From: Candidatus Elulimicrobium sp.
Lineage (GTDB): Bacteria; Patescibacteriota; Minisyncoccia; Phycocordibacterales; UBA918
Reading direction: 5' to 3'
NCBI GenBank assembly: GCA_022730015.1
Contig: DZBU01000003.1
Span: 1-62,691, forward strand
Length of the DNA stretch: 62,691 nucleotides
This document shows positions 51,748 to 61,506 of the stretch, piece after piece. Below the pieces are notes generated by a model. That model saw only the letters and a program-made list of their open reading frames with translations, did no database searches and was not told the DNA's origin. The translations under genes were made by a program, and so were the position numbers. Numbering within the stretch: position 1 is the first letter of the stretch; every line of letters begins with the position of its first letter.

Positions 51748-52473
51748 CTACAGTTCAAGACCATTGAGAAAACTGCGCGGTGCGAGATATTCCTTCCACT
51801 TTTCATAAAGCTGATAGATCGCTTGTACGTCTCCCATATTCTTTTCTGCGATCTCACGAAAGCGCCCTTCGGAAAATGCTGCTGCAATCTCTTCCCCGCC
51901 GAGCAGACTGGTATTCTCTATTCCATACGCACCACAGAGAAGCTGCAGTGATGGGCGATGCGCGAGTGCACCATGGAACGAAAATTCATCAAGAAGATCA
52001 ACATGATATGGCAGAGTTTGCCTTGTTACATAGCGCTCTTTTGCAATATCAACCGTTGGCCGAACTCCTTGCGCAATTGATCGATGATACAAGAACGGAA
52101 GGGCAAACGAACGACCATTGAACGTCACGAACACATCATAGCTTACTGCCCCTTCCCAAAAATCTTCCAAAACTTCCTTTTCGGTACGTTGCTTGAACGT
52201 AAAATCATCCACGGCAAAATTCTCTTCTACTGTTTCGGATACAAAATACACCGCCCCTGATTTTCGCTCCACATCGTAAACTGCAAGTGAGATGATACTG
52301 GCGGTGAACGGTGAAAGCGAGAGGCGAGCGATAACATCATCTCGTTTTCGTCGTTTTTCCTCTTCAGTGAAGTTTCCACGGTCTATCCAGTGCGTGAGTG
52401 ACCCGCGCGTAATTCCCGGTAGATCACTCCACTTTGCAGCACGGGTTTCAACGTCGACAATCAATGTACCCAT
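51748..52473 (-). CDS. RNase H-like fold 3'-5' exonuclease (PolB-exonuclease-related, YprB-like)
   Basis: 241 aa. LIVDVETRA (the Exo I D-x-E), FVTFNGRSFALPFL (Exo II-like) and YHVDLLD (Exo III-like). Confidence 0.6.
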   Translation of the reverse strand: MGTLIVDVETRAAKWSDLPGITRGSLTHWIDRGNFTEEEKRRKRDDVIARLSLSPFTASIISLAVYDVERKSGAVYFVSETVEENFAVDDFTFKQRTEKEVLEDFWEGAVSYDVFVTFNGRSFALPFLYHRSIAQGVRPTVDIAKERYVTRQTLPYHVDLLDEFSFHGALAHRPSLQLLCGAYGIENTSLLGGEEIAAAFSEGRFREIAEKNMGDVQAIYQLYEKWKEYLAPRSFLNGLEL

Positions 52474-52474
52474 A

Positions 52475-53278
52475 TCAAAGAGAAATCGCTGATGCCATGA
52501 AACAATTCAAAACAGTCTCTCGTTCTTCAGAGAGAACGTATCGATACACTCCACCAACAGTAATGCCTCCGCAACTATCCGTAGAAGCATCGCTCGTACC
52601 GTATATTGGATGACCATCAAGCGCATATCCGATCATGGTACTTTCGCCAAAGACACCGTATAGACCAGCTTCTCCATTACGAATGAGCGAGCCATCATGT
52701 GCGACGCCAACTACGTCACTCGCAAGACAGGTCGGAGCAGTATTGTATGGATGTACTGGAAGTTGCAGAAGCACTGTTCGATTGACTACCGTTGGCGATG
52801 ATGAAGCAAGTGAATTTGTTACTTGCTCAGTAGACCGATACACGATTCGTGCTCCCTCAGAGATCTCAAACTGCACTCCTTCTGCTGACCAAGGTTTTTG
52901 ATACGCACTGTATCCTGAACATTTCATGACTTCGTGCACAGTAATTTCGACAGGGGTTTCTTCCGCCTGAGAAGCTTCAGTCACCTCGTCTACAGTAACT
53001 GATTCAGGAACACTACTAGTTAATTCACCTCCCTCTGCTATCTTGCGACGCATCTCTGTCAAACGATCTTCTCGGGAAAGCAGTACTGCTTCAGCAAGCT
53101 CAGCAGAGAAAATCTGTTCATCGGACACTTCAACCAACTGGACACTGGGGGCAAGTGCCACCTGCCCAATATGTTGTTTTGCCACGGTGGCACCAATCGC
53201 CACGAGCAGAAAAACTGCAGTAACAAAAAGCAATAAAAAATCCCGAGTCCGAAACATATTGCATATGATAACAAACAC
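52475..53278 (-). CDS. Secreted protein with a YHYH-domain-like C-terminal region (tentative)
   Basis: 267 aa with an N-terminal TM. AHDGSLIRNG...YALDGHPIYG...CGGITVGGVYRYV resembles the YHYH domain with a degenerate final motif. The start may be Met8. Confidence 0.45.
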   Translation of the reverse strand: MFVIICNMFRTRDFLLLFVTAVFLLVAIGATVAKQHIGQVALAPSVQLVEVSDEQIFSAELAEAVLLSREDRLTEMRRKIAEGGELTSSVPESVTVDEVTEASQAEETPVEITVHEVMKCSGYSAYQKPWSAEGVQFEISEGARIVYRSTEQVTNSLASSSPTVVNRTVLLQLPVHPYNTAPTCLASDVVGVAHDGSLIRNGEAGLYGVFGESTMIGYALDGHPIYGTSDASTDSCGGITVGGVYRYVLSEERETVLNCFMASAISL

Positions 53279-53331
53279 TACTCAGTTACCCAAGAGAGAA
53301 GAGCTCATAAGCCACAACCTAGTGAACTCAC

Positions 53332-54408
53332 TTAAACACTCTGTCCATTTTTTCTCTTTACTCCCAATGTCTTAAGTATCTCCCTATAGTCAAACGTTTT
53401 GTTATTCAGAACTGGCAACTGCAAATAACGCTTTATCTCTTGTATAAACAACGGTGAGCTTGTACAAATTCCAGACACCGCTGCTGGCTCAAGCCCAAAT
53501 TCGCTACGCAACATCTCAACACCACCAATTGCACCGAACGTATCAGCTGCACAAAAAACCAATCTATCAATGCGGTCACGGACCATTTCGCTATGCAACA
53601 ACATTGCCGTCTCTCGTTGGCTGATACCATCTGCAAACTCTACTACCCAATAATTTTCTGGATTGTTTGCATATCTCAAATCAAGAGAATTGAATATCTC
53701 TTCGAGTTCGGGTAACCCGAGCATGTAGGTCGAGGGGTAGCCGAGAAAAGTAAAATCAGCAAAATGCTTTGCCCCAGCATCATTCATTAACAGAATGTCC
53801 TTGAGACTAGCTGTACCAGTCACCTTTGCCGCTCGCACGTGGTGTCCTGCTCGTTTGAGTGACCAAATAATTGCTGCGGCGGTAGTACTCTTGCCAGAAT
53901 TCATAGCAGTACCACAGACCAAAATCATTTTTGCTCGTGGTTTTTTAACTTTCTCAGTTCGTTGTCTCACAAGCTGATAATTCAAAGTATTGATCGGCTT
54001 TCCTTCCGCGTTATAAATAGAACCAAGGATCTCAACCTGCGTAGGATCACGCATTGCATCGTTCTTGTGTAAGACTTGCCCCACTAGACCACCCCAACTG
54101 AACAGATCCACATTGCGGGTACGTCGATTGGGCACAATTGCTTCAAACTGATCAGGTGCATAACGATTTCCAAAGACACCGATAAATTCACTTCCCTTAT
54201 ACAAATCATGAATTCGACCCTGCTTATTTTCTAGTCTTACATGTTGGGAAATAGTGGTTACTCGACAGTAGACTACATCACCAACCTGTGGTTTTTTAAC
54301 ATAATCACCAATATATACCAATTCACTCTTTGGCACAGAATTAAGGCCACTAGGTATAATAAACCCTTCGTCTATCTTCTTGAATTTTGACAGATTTTTC
54401 TTTGCCAT
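53332..54408 (-). CDS. Unclassified P-loop (Walker A) protein with an N-terminal beta-rich domain; distant resemblance to DUF1611/Mur-ligase-type P-loops
   Basis: Start at the internal Met (MAKKNLSKFKK); the track ORF extends to 54435. Motifs: MILVCGTAMNSGKSTTAAAIIWSL (G-T-x4-G-K-S-T-T), KVTGTAS and a Walker-B-like YWVVEFADG. Confidence 0.55.
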   Translation of the reverse strand: MAKKNLSKFKKIDEGFIIPSGLNSVPKSELVYIGDYVKKPQVGDVVYCRVTTISQHVRLENKQGRIHDLYKGSEFIGVFGNRYAPDQFEAIVPNRRTRNVDLFSWGGLVGQVLHKNDAMRDPTQVEILGSIYNAEGKPINTLNYQLVRQRTEKVKKPRAKMILVCGTAMNSGKSTTAAAIIWSLKRAGHHVRAAKVTGTASLKDILLMNDAGAKHFADFTFLGYPSTYMLGLPELEEIFNSLDLRYANNPENYWVVEFADGISQRETAMLLHSEMVRDRIDRLVFCAADTFGAIGGVEMLRSEFGLEPAAVSGICTSSPLFIQEIKRYLQLPVLNNKTFDYREILKTLGVKRKNGQSV

Positions 54409-54557
54409 GAATGGCTTGTCTATAAATAAAAACACTTACGCTCTACGTAAATGATTAAAAACTATACACTATTACTAGTAAGATTCAAACTTATATAACA
54501 AATTTCTTATCTGACAAGGGTTGACAAATTATTATATTAGTTAAGACTTACAAATCT

Positions 54558-55418
54558 ATGTCACCCTTCAGAAAAAATTTTGATATTTCTTGTCAGATTT
54601 GTGATTTATACAACCTGCCACATCAAATCATCACTCTTACACACGAAGCTAATGAGCGTTCGAAAGTGCTCATTATCCAACGTGACGGGAGATACTGCTA
54701 CCTGAACTCTAGCAATTTGGGAACCTTCCCCACCGATACCAAATCAAGTTCATCTGTCGCTCGCTCTAAACAAACCGCAAAACAGATCCTTGGCTTGCAT
54801 AATTTCATAACCCCGCTATCAATTGATTTTTTTGCAACCTCCACCACCACCCCCGAGAATGAAGGTATTATTTTAAGTACCATTCAACAAGTACGGTCTG
54901 CAGGAATAAAATATCCCTTAGTTCTTAAGCCTAATTTTGGAAATCACGGATTGGGCATTTCCTTTCCCAGAAGTGAGGACGAACTACTTGCCACATTGAC
55001 TGAATTGCCATTCGCTACTTTAAGCAGGAAGCACTGGATCATCGAAGAGTACCTTTCTGGTCTTGAATATCGGCTATTCGTTGTTTTTGGAAAGCTCATT
55101 TTTTCGTACCGAAAAACTGGAAACAGTGACTACCAAACTGCCAACATAACCACTGGTGGAGTTTATAGCGAATTCACTACTGAAGTTCCTGCCTTTCTTT
55201 CTGATTACTGTATGAAGCTATACCAAAGCCTAGGGCTTTCTGTTCTAGGCATAGACCTAAAGACAAGACAATCTTCTCTTTTTGGATCAACAGTAGACGA
55301 TCTTACAATACTTGAAGTAAACGCTGGTCCGGGTATGGGTGTAGTGGAAAAAGAAAAGGGTATTGATTTCATTTATCACAGCATCATGAAGCCTGTATTG
55401 GATAGATATTTCTCTTAG
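54558..55418 (+). CDS. ATP-grasp fold ligase (RimK/cyanophycin-synthetase-G-domain-like) with an uncharacterised N-terminal region of about 110 aa
   Basis: 286 aa. Motifs: KYPLVLKPNFGNHGLGISF, IIEEYLSGLEYRLFVVFGK, QTANITTGG and VLGIDL...LTILEVNAGPGM. Confidence 0.7.
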   Translation: MSPFRKNFDISCQICDLYNLPHQIITLTHEANERSKVLIIQRDGRYCYLNSSNLGTFPTDTKSSSSVARSKQTAKQILGLHNFITPLSIDFFATSTTTPENEGIILSTIQQVRSAGIKYPLVLKPNFGNHGLGISFPRSEDELLATLTELPFATLSRKHWIIEEYLSGLEYRLFVVFGKLIFSYRKTGNSDYQTANITTGGVYSEFTTEVPAFLSDYCMKLYQSLGLSVLGIDLKTRQSSLFGSTVDDLTILEVNAGPGMGVVEKEKGIDFIYHSIMKPVLDRYFS

Positions 55419-55435
55419 TTGTAAAAGTTCCTCGT

Positions 55436-56134
55436 CTAAATGCCAAACTTCACCCCTCCCCCCACCTCACCAGTAGTCGAGGCGGTCGATGAGGCCATCA
55501 GGCTCGGGTCAATCGCGTAACCTATCTGCTGGGCAAAATCGAGATACGATTCGATCTCCATTTTCTTTCCATTCAAGAAGAAGGTCGGAGTACCCGTTAT
55601 ACCAAGGGTTTCTCCCTCCTCAAAATCAGCCTGAACCCGGTCACGTAGTACCGACGATTTTAGATGACGCTTGAATAGATCAATATCGAGCCCAAGATCG
55701 CTCGCGTACTGCACAAAGTAAGTCTGTGGTACCGCACTGCCTGACCAGGTTGCTTGATCTGCAAAAAGTCGGTCGTGATACTCAAAGAATTTTCCTTGTT
55801 GACCAGCGGCTTCGGCTGCTATGGCTGCCTGGAAAGCGTGCGGGTGAATTCGCGCCGGCAGTGGGAAATGTTTGTACTCGAACTGGAGTCGATCACCATA
55901 TTGTTCAAGCATACTATTGAGTATCGGCTGGAACGCCGCGCAAGCAGGACACTGTAAATCACTGTATTCGACCAGTGTTACTACGGCGTCGGAAGTACCC
56001 TTAACATGATCCGTTACGGTCACACCTTCGTTACTCTGCTCTGCCGATGAACTGGCAAGCCAGATCGATCCGCCAAGCAAGACAGCGGAAATGATACCGA
56101 TAATGATCCATGGATTTTTCATATAGCGTTTCAT
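55436..56134 (-). CDS. DsbA-family thiol:disulfide oxidoreductase, membrane-anchored
   Basis: 232 aa with an N-terminal TM. Motifs: VEYSDLQCPACAAF (CPAC active site) and GITGTPTFFLNG (cis-Pro loop). Confidence 0.82.
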   Translation of the reverse strand: MKRYMKNPWIIIGIISAVLLGGSIWLASSSAEQSNEGVTVTDHVKGTSDAVVTLVEYSDLQCPACAAFQPILNSMLEQYGDRLQFEYKHFPLPARIHPHAFQAAIAAEAAGQQGKFFEYHDRLFADQATWSGSAVPQTYFVQYASDLGLDIDLFKRHLKSSVLRDRVQADFEEGETLGITGTPTFFLNGKKMEIESYLDFAQQIGYAIDPSLMASSTASTTGEVGGGVKFGI

Positions 56135-56208
56135 ACGCTGACCAGTGTATCATACTCGCCCACAAGAACTCACCCTAGACAATTGATTGTTTGGTACACT
56201 TAACCACA

Positions 56209-58875
56209 ATGATCACCACGCCACACCGCCCTTGGGCAGACACCCTCAAGGAGGTCGAAAAAACTTTAACCACCAACTTAGAAAAAGGACTTTCCACCAG
56301 CGAAGTCGAAGCCCGGCTTTTGCAATTTGGGGAAAATAATTTTGAGACCGAACAAAAAAAGAGTCCGCTCCACATCTTTCTACAGCAGTTCACCAGCCCT
56401 CTCATCCTCATGCTCGGTGCAGCGGTATTACTCACGGCTTACCTAGATGAATGGATAGACAGCACCATTATCGGACTTGCGGTACTGATCAATGCTGTAC
56501 TTGGTTTTTACCAGGAACTAAAGGCCGAGAAGGCTATTGCTGACTTACGCTCATATATTACCGAACGCACGCGTGTCATCCGTGATGGACATGAGCTGGA
56601 AATAGACCCTCGCTACCTGGTACCAGGAGACATTCTGCATCTCAGCAATGGAGCACGCATTACCGCTGATGCCCGGATCATCAGAGAGATTAATTTTACC
56701 ACCGATGAAGCGATCCTCACTGGAGAATCACTCCCCATTGAAAAAGAGCCTGTGCAACTTTCTGAAACCACCCCACTCCCCGACCGCATCAATATGGTGT
56801 TTGCTGGGACCCTCAATATCGATGGCTCTGCTTACGCAGTAGTGACTAGCACCGGCTACCAGACTGAGATTGGTAAATTGGCTCAATTAGTAGCCGAAAC
56901 GACTGTAGAAAAAACTCCCCTGCAAAAAGCCGTCGGAAAACTGACCTGGGCGATCATTATCTTTGCTTCTATTGCGGTGATTGGTATCTTTGCGCTCGGT
57001 ATCTCACAAGAACAGCCCCTTTACGAGATGCTCCTCATCTCTATAGCCATCTTGGTCGGCACCGTACCAGAGGCCCTACCAGTCGGCCTGACCGCCATTC
57101 TTGCCATCGGCGTTGAGCGCATCGCAAAAAAGCGCGGCATTATGCGCAGTCTCACTGCCGCTGAGACTCTTGGCTCAACCACCCTTATCATCACCGACAA
57201 GACTGGTACACTCACGCAAGCCAACATGCAGCTCGTTGATATCGATACTTTTGAACATCTCTTGGCGCCAAGTTTTACTCCAGCTGACCACCATACCAAC
57301 TTCGACAAACAGCAGCGTGAGCTTCTCATCCTTGCTCGCTGTGCCAGCGATGTCACGATTGAGAATCCAGATGACAACACAGAGAGTTGGGTGATCAGTG
57401 GCTCTGATCTCGAAACAAACATCGTACGCGCCGCCGGTAAGTACAACATCGTACAAACAAATGCCGATCGTTCCGATATTCAAATGAGAGTACCCTTCAG
57501 TTCCAAATATAAATTCTCAGCAGTTCGTATACCAAGCTCATATCTGCCGAGCCATCTCAGCCAGTTTGCAGATCCGCACGTAGTCATGGGCGCACCTGAC
57601 ATTCTTATCGACCGTTCTTTTCATGACGCTGAAACCAAAGAAAAATTGCATCACGCAGTCACTGAACATAGCCGCTACGGCCGACGTGTTTTAGGTGTTG
57701 CACTACTTACGCCGCAAGTCGGATCACACTCACTTACGACTGAGCACGTGAAGGAAGTGACTTTCCTCGGTGTACTCAGCTTTCACGATCCAATCCGTTC
57801 TGAGGTACCGGCTGCGCTCGCACGGATCCGCTCTTTCGATACCAAGGTGGTGATGGCCACTGGCGATTTACCCGGCACAGCGCTTGCCATCGCCAATGAG
57901 CTTGGCTGGAATGTTACCGAAGCGAATGTTCTCACCGGCCAACAGCTGCAGCAACTTTCTGACGATGACTTATTGATGATCATAAGCAAAGTGCAGGTCT
58001 ACGCTCGCGTAACACCCGAAGATAAACTGCGCATCACGAGACTGTACCAAGCACAAGGAGAAGTGGTTGCCATGACCGGTGACGGAGTCAATGACGCCCC
58101 TTCACTCAAAGCAGCTGATATCGGTATCGCGCTTGGTTCAGGCAGTGATGTTGCCAAGAGTGTCGCTGACTTAGTACTGCTCGACGATAACTTCAAAACT
58201 ATTGTCGCGACCATTGAAGAAGGGCGGCAGATCCTTTCCAACATCAAGAAAATGTTTGTCTACCTGATGTCAAATGCCGTTGATGAACTTATCCTGATTG
58301 GTGGAGCGGTCATCGCGGGCGTGGCATTGCCCCTTACTGCCGTACAGATCATCTGGGTAAATCTCTTTACCGGCAGCATTCCTGCCATAGCCTTTGCCTT
58401 TGACCGTCAACAAATGAGATTGGACACCAGCCGTAGCTTCTTCGATGCTCGAGTACTTTTTCTCACCTTCTTTGTTGGTATCGTGACTTCGTTAATGCTG
58501 TTTGCACTATATTTCACCCTTCTGGCCTCAGGGGTACCACTTCCGACCGCACAAAGCGTTCTTTTTGCTTGTTTTGCGAGCTACATTCTTTTCATCGCTT
58601 TATCCTTCCGCGACCTGACCCAGCCGATTTACCGTTACTCACTGACTGAAAATAAAGTGTTGCTTTTAGGCATTGTCGTTGGCCTAGTACTTCTCGTGGC
58701 TACATTTACCGTACCCTTCTTCCAAACGATCTTTGCCCTCACCCCACTCACACTGCCCTGGATCGGTTTTGTGGTCTTTTGGATTAGCTTGAACCTTCTC
58801 TTTGTTGAGGGATCAAAATGGTTTGCAAATGCTTATTTGATGAAATGGGTGGACAAACATCAAAAAGTGTCGTAG
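56209..58875 (+). CDS. P-type (E1-E2) cation-transporting ATPase, P2-like (Ca2+/Mg2+-type)
   Basis: Motifs: TGES, VPEALPV, DKTGTLT (phosphorylation site) and MTGDGVNDAPSLKAADIG, with 10 TM segments. I chose the first ATG as the start; the track ORF begins at a TTG at 56191. Confidence 0.9.
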   Translation: MITTPHRPWADTLKEVEKTLTTNLEKGLSTSEVEARLLQFGENNFETEQKKSPLHIFLQQFTSPLILMLGAAVLLTAYLDEWIDSTIIGLAVLINAVLGFYQELKAEKAIADLRSYITERTRVIRDGHELEIDPRYLVPGDILHLSNGARITADARIIREINFTTDEAILTGESLPIEKEPVQLSETTPLPDRINMVFAGTLNIDGSAYAVVTSTGYQTEIGKLAQLVAETTVEKTPLQKAVGKLTWAIIIFASIAVIGIFALGISQEQPLYEMLLISIAILVGTVPEALPVGLTAILAIGVERIAKKRGIMRSLTAAETLGSTTLIITDKTGTLTQANMQLVDIDTFEHLLAPSFTPADHHTNFDKQQRELLILARCASDVTIENPDDNTESWVISGSDLETNIVRAAGKYNIVQTNADRSDIQMRVPFSSKYKFSAVRIPSSYLPSHLSQFADPHVVMGAPDILIDRSFHDAETKEKLHHAVTEHSRYGRRVLGVALLTPQVGSHSLTTEHVKEVTFLGVLSFHDPIRSEVPAALARIRSFDTKVVMATGDLPGTALAIANELGWNVTEANVLTGQQLQQLSDDDLLMIISKVQVYARVTPEDKLRITRLYQAQGEVVAMTGDGVNDAPSLKAADIGIALGSGSDVAKSVADLVLLDDNFKTIVATIEEGRQILSNIKKMFVYLMSNAVDELILIGGAVIAGVALPLTAVQIIWVNLFTGSIPAIAFAFDRQQMRLDTSRSFFDARVLFLTFFVGIVTSLMLFALYFTLLASGVPLPTAQSVLFACFASYILFIALSFRDLTQPIYRYSLTENKVLLLGIVVGLVLLVATFTVPFFQTIFALTPLTLPWIGFVVFWISLNLLFVEGSKWFANAYLMKWVDKHQKVS

Positions 58876-58891
58876 TTTGCTAGCACTACAT

Positions 58892-59629
58892 ATGGCTAGG
58901 AAACCAAATTTCGTCCGCAAGAAAAAGCGCAAAGTGCATGGTGCGACTTTTTGGGATACTGAATACACGAACCCTCAACATTTGAAACTGTCCGATAACG
59001 TCAGTGAGGACTTGGCAAAATTCACTCGCTGGCTTGGTCGTAACGACGAGAGCGCGCATCTACTGACAGCTGGCAACAGTGTCGTCGATGCTGGCTGTGG
59101 CAACGGCCGCAACCTCATCTTTTTAGCACGGGAGTTTGGCCTGAAGGGGTTTGGGGTAGATATCTCTTCAGCCGCTATCGCACAAGCGAAGAAACTTTCG
59201 ACTGATCTTCCAATCAATTACGTGGTCGGTTCTGCAGGCGACCTTCTCCCTGTACCAGACGAAAGTCAGGCTCTTGTACTCGACATGATGACCTCACACT
59301 TTTTGGAACGGGCCGGGCGTGAGCAGCTCCGTGATGAACTGTTCCGAGTGCTCACGCCCGGCGGCTATATCTTTATGAAGACATTTCTTAAGGACGAAGA
59401 TCTTCACACTGCCCGCCTTCTTAAAGATTTTCCCAGTACCGAGGAGGGTGCGTACATCCATCCAGTCATGGGCGTTGCTGAGTATGTCTATAGCGAGGAA
59501 GAACTCGTCGCCTTTCTTAGCGAAAAATTCATCGTGCGCAAGATTTATCGTTCTCACAAACACGCCTTTCATGGACAGGCGCGCAAGCGGCGCACTATCT
59601 CTATTTACGCCGAGAAGGACTATAAATGA
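58892..59629 (+). CDS. Class I SAM-dependent methyltransferase
   Basis: VVDAGCGNGRNLIFLA is motif I. I chose the ATG (MARKPNF...) as the start; the track ORF begins at a TTG at 58877. Confidence 0.8.
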   Translation: MARKPNFVRKKKRKVHGATFWDTEYTNPQHLKLSDNVSEDLAKFTRWLGRNDESAHLLTAGNSVVDAGCGNGRNLIFLAREFGLKGFGVDISSAAIAQAKKLSTDLPINYVVGSAGDLLPVPDESQALVLDMMTSHFLERAGREQLRDELFRVLTPGGYIFMKTFLKDEDLHTARLLKDFPSTEEGAYIHPVMGVAEYVYSEEELVAFLSEKFIVRKIYRSHKHAFHGQARKRRTISIYAEKDYK

Positions 59630-59762
59630 GCAAAGCGATTATTGCGAATTTACGTCCCAATTCCGCCCTTTCCTAGACGAAACTGCTGGACGAACTGGAA
59701 GATAATACTCATCTAAAGCTAGCTGTGAAAAAAGTGCCGGCCATTTTTTATCTCAACCCTAA

Positions 59763-60398
59763 TTACGGCATCTCTGCGTCTTCATAAACCGTGCCATACT
59801 CCATACCCGCTTGCATCATCTCGCTCATATCCTGAAACAACACCGTACTTGGTGGCACAAACACCGTGCGGTCGACGTTTCTCCAGGGTTTGCAATCATA
59901 CGTAACCGCCGCATCGAGGGCGACCGGCTCACGAGCGTCGTAGGTGGGATCATCGACAAGCGAAAGATCCATCTTCATACCGTATGTCTGTCCTTCGATC
60001 TCACTCCATACGTACATATTTTTATCATCGATGACTATCGATGATAGTATCTGACCAGACAGATCAGGTGATTCGGTCAAGAAATCTCCGCGCATACTTC
60101 CACCACTTACGAAGTAAGTTCCCTCAACCGCTGACCCTTGTTCTGCATCAGTATATGCAATAGTACATTCAAGATCCTCTCCGAGGAGACGAAGCATTTC
60201 GAGTGATCCCGTCCCCTGCCGAGCCACCGGCGCCGCGGCCTTATCATCAGCCTCAACTGAAAGTTCGGCTAGCACATCCTCAGCCTCATTAACCATTTTT
60301 TGCGCTGGAGTAGCAAAAAGCGCAAAATACCCAAAAGCGATCAATCCGACCGCCACCACTCCCAATATCACCAAATTTCTCACAGAACTATTTTTCAT
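59763..60398 (-). CDS. Membrane-anchored/secreted protein; function unknown
   Basis: 211 aa with N-terminal TM LVILGVVAVGLIAFGYFALF. Confidence 0.5.
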   Translation of the reverse strand: MKNSSVRNLVILGVVAVGLIAFGYFALFATPAQKMVNEAEDVLAELSVEADDKAAAPVARQGTGSLEMLRLLGEDLECTIAYTDAEQGSAVEGTYFVSGGSMRGDFLTESPDLSGQILSSIVIDDKNMYVWSEIEGQTYGMKMDLSLVDDPTYDAREPVALDAAVTYDCKPWRNVDRTVFVPPSTVLFQDMSEMMQAGMEYGTVYEDAEMP

Positions 60399-60495
60399 AA
60401 GTAGTTAGATTACGGTTAAAGCTCCTTTTATTGTATCACCAGGTACATTCTCGCTCCACCCATAAGAATATCGGTATTCATGGCATAATAAGACG

Positions 60496-61506
60496 ATGTT
60501 TTTGAAGCAATTAACTATCAAGGCCATTTACGCAGCAGTACTCCTTCTAACGCTTCTTGCAATAGTTGGCACAATCGCGCTTCTCAAGTCAAAGGCGTTG
60601 GTTTTTTCTAGTGTAGGCCAACACGAAACAGCAACCGCCGAAACTGTCACCCCCTTCCCTGTCGGCGTCAACGCCCGTACGCAGATCATCACGGAGAATC
60701 CTCAGGTAAACACCTACTTCTATGACACTCTCGCAAATGATCCCCAGTCCAAAGATAACTGGTGGAACCAAGTTGCGTCACTCCTTGCGAGCAAAAGCTG
60801 GTACCAAAACCTCGCTTCTCCGATCAGTCGCATCATTGTCATCTGGCCTGGCGAACGAAAGGAGGAGATTGCTAAAAATATCGGCGACGTCCTAGGTTGG
60901 GAGGCTGAAGATCGACTCGAGTTTCAACGTCTAGTCGATTCTTCCGAGCCAGTCTTGGCAGAAGGAAAATATTTCCCTGGTCAGTACGTAGCGCACCGTG
61001 GCGCTACTCCAGCAGACATCATGACCCTTCTCACTGAATCATTCTCTAACGAAGTGCTTATTCGCTACGCCCCCGAGGTAGCAGCGGAAGTTCCTTTGGA
61101 AGACGCGCTCATCATCGCGTCACTCCTTGAACGCGAAGCGAGTGACTTCAATAACATGCGTGAAATATCTGGCGTTATCTGGAATCGACTTTTTGCTGAC
61201 ATGCCACTTCAGCTCGATGCCACTTTGCAATATGTGAAAGGTGGTAACCCACAACAACCACGCTGGTGGCCAGCCGTACGACCAGCCGATAAATATCTTG
61301 ATTCACCGTATAACACCTACCAAAATGACGGGCTGCCGCCCGCGCCGATCGCCAATCCTTCGGCTGAAGCGATCCTCGCCGCCCTCAACCCCCTACAGAC
61401 CGACTGCATGTACTATTTCCATACTAAAAACGCTGACTACCACTGCTCTCCCACCTATGAGGAGCACGTACAAAAACTCCGCTCTATCTACGGCCGTGGC
61501 TCTTAA
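60496..61506 (+). CDS. mltG: Endolytic murein transglycosylase MltG (YceG-like)
   Basis: 336 aa with an N-terminal TM. Motifs: IIASLLEREA, LQLDATLQY and SPYNTYQNDGLPPAPIANPS. Confidence 0.85.
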   Translation: MFLKQLTIKAIYAAVLLLTLLAIVGTIALLKSKALVFSSVGQHETATAETVTPFPVGVNARTQIITENPQVNTYFYDTLANDPQSKDNWWNQVASLLASKSWYQNLASPISRIIVIWPGERKEEIAKNIGDVLGWEAEDRLEFQRLVDSSEPVLAEGKYFPGQYVAHRGATPADIMTLLTESFSNEVLIRYAPEVAAEVPLEDALIIASLLEREASDFNNMREISGVIWNRLFADMPLQLDATLQYVKGGNPQQPRWWPAVRPADKYLDSPYNTYQNDGLPPAPIANPSAEAILAALNPLQTDCMYYFHTKNADYHCSPTYEEHVQKLRSIYGRGS

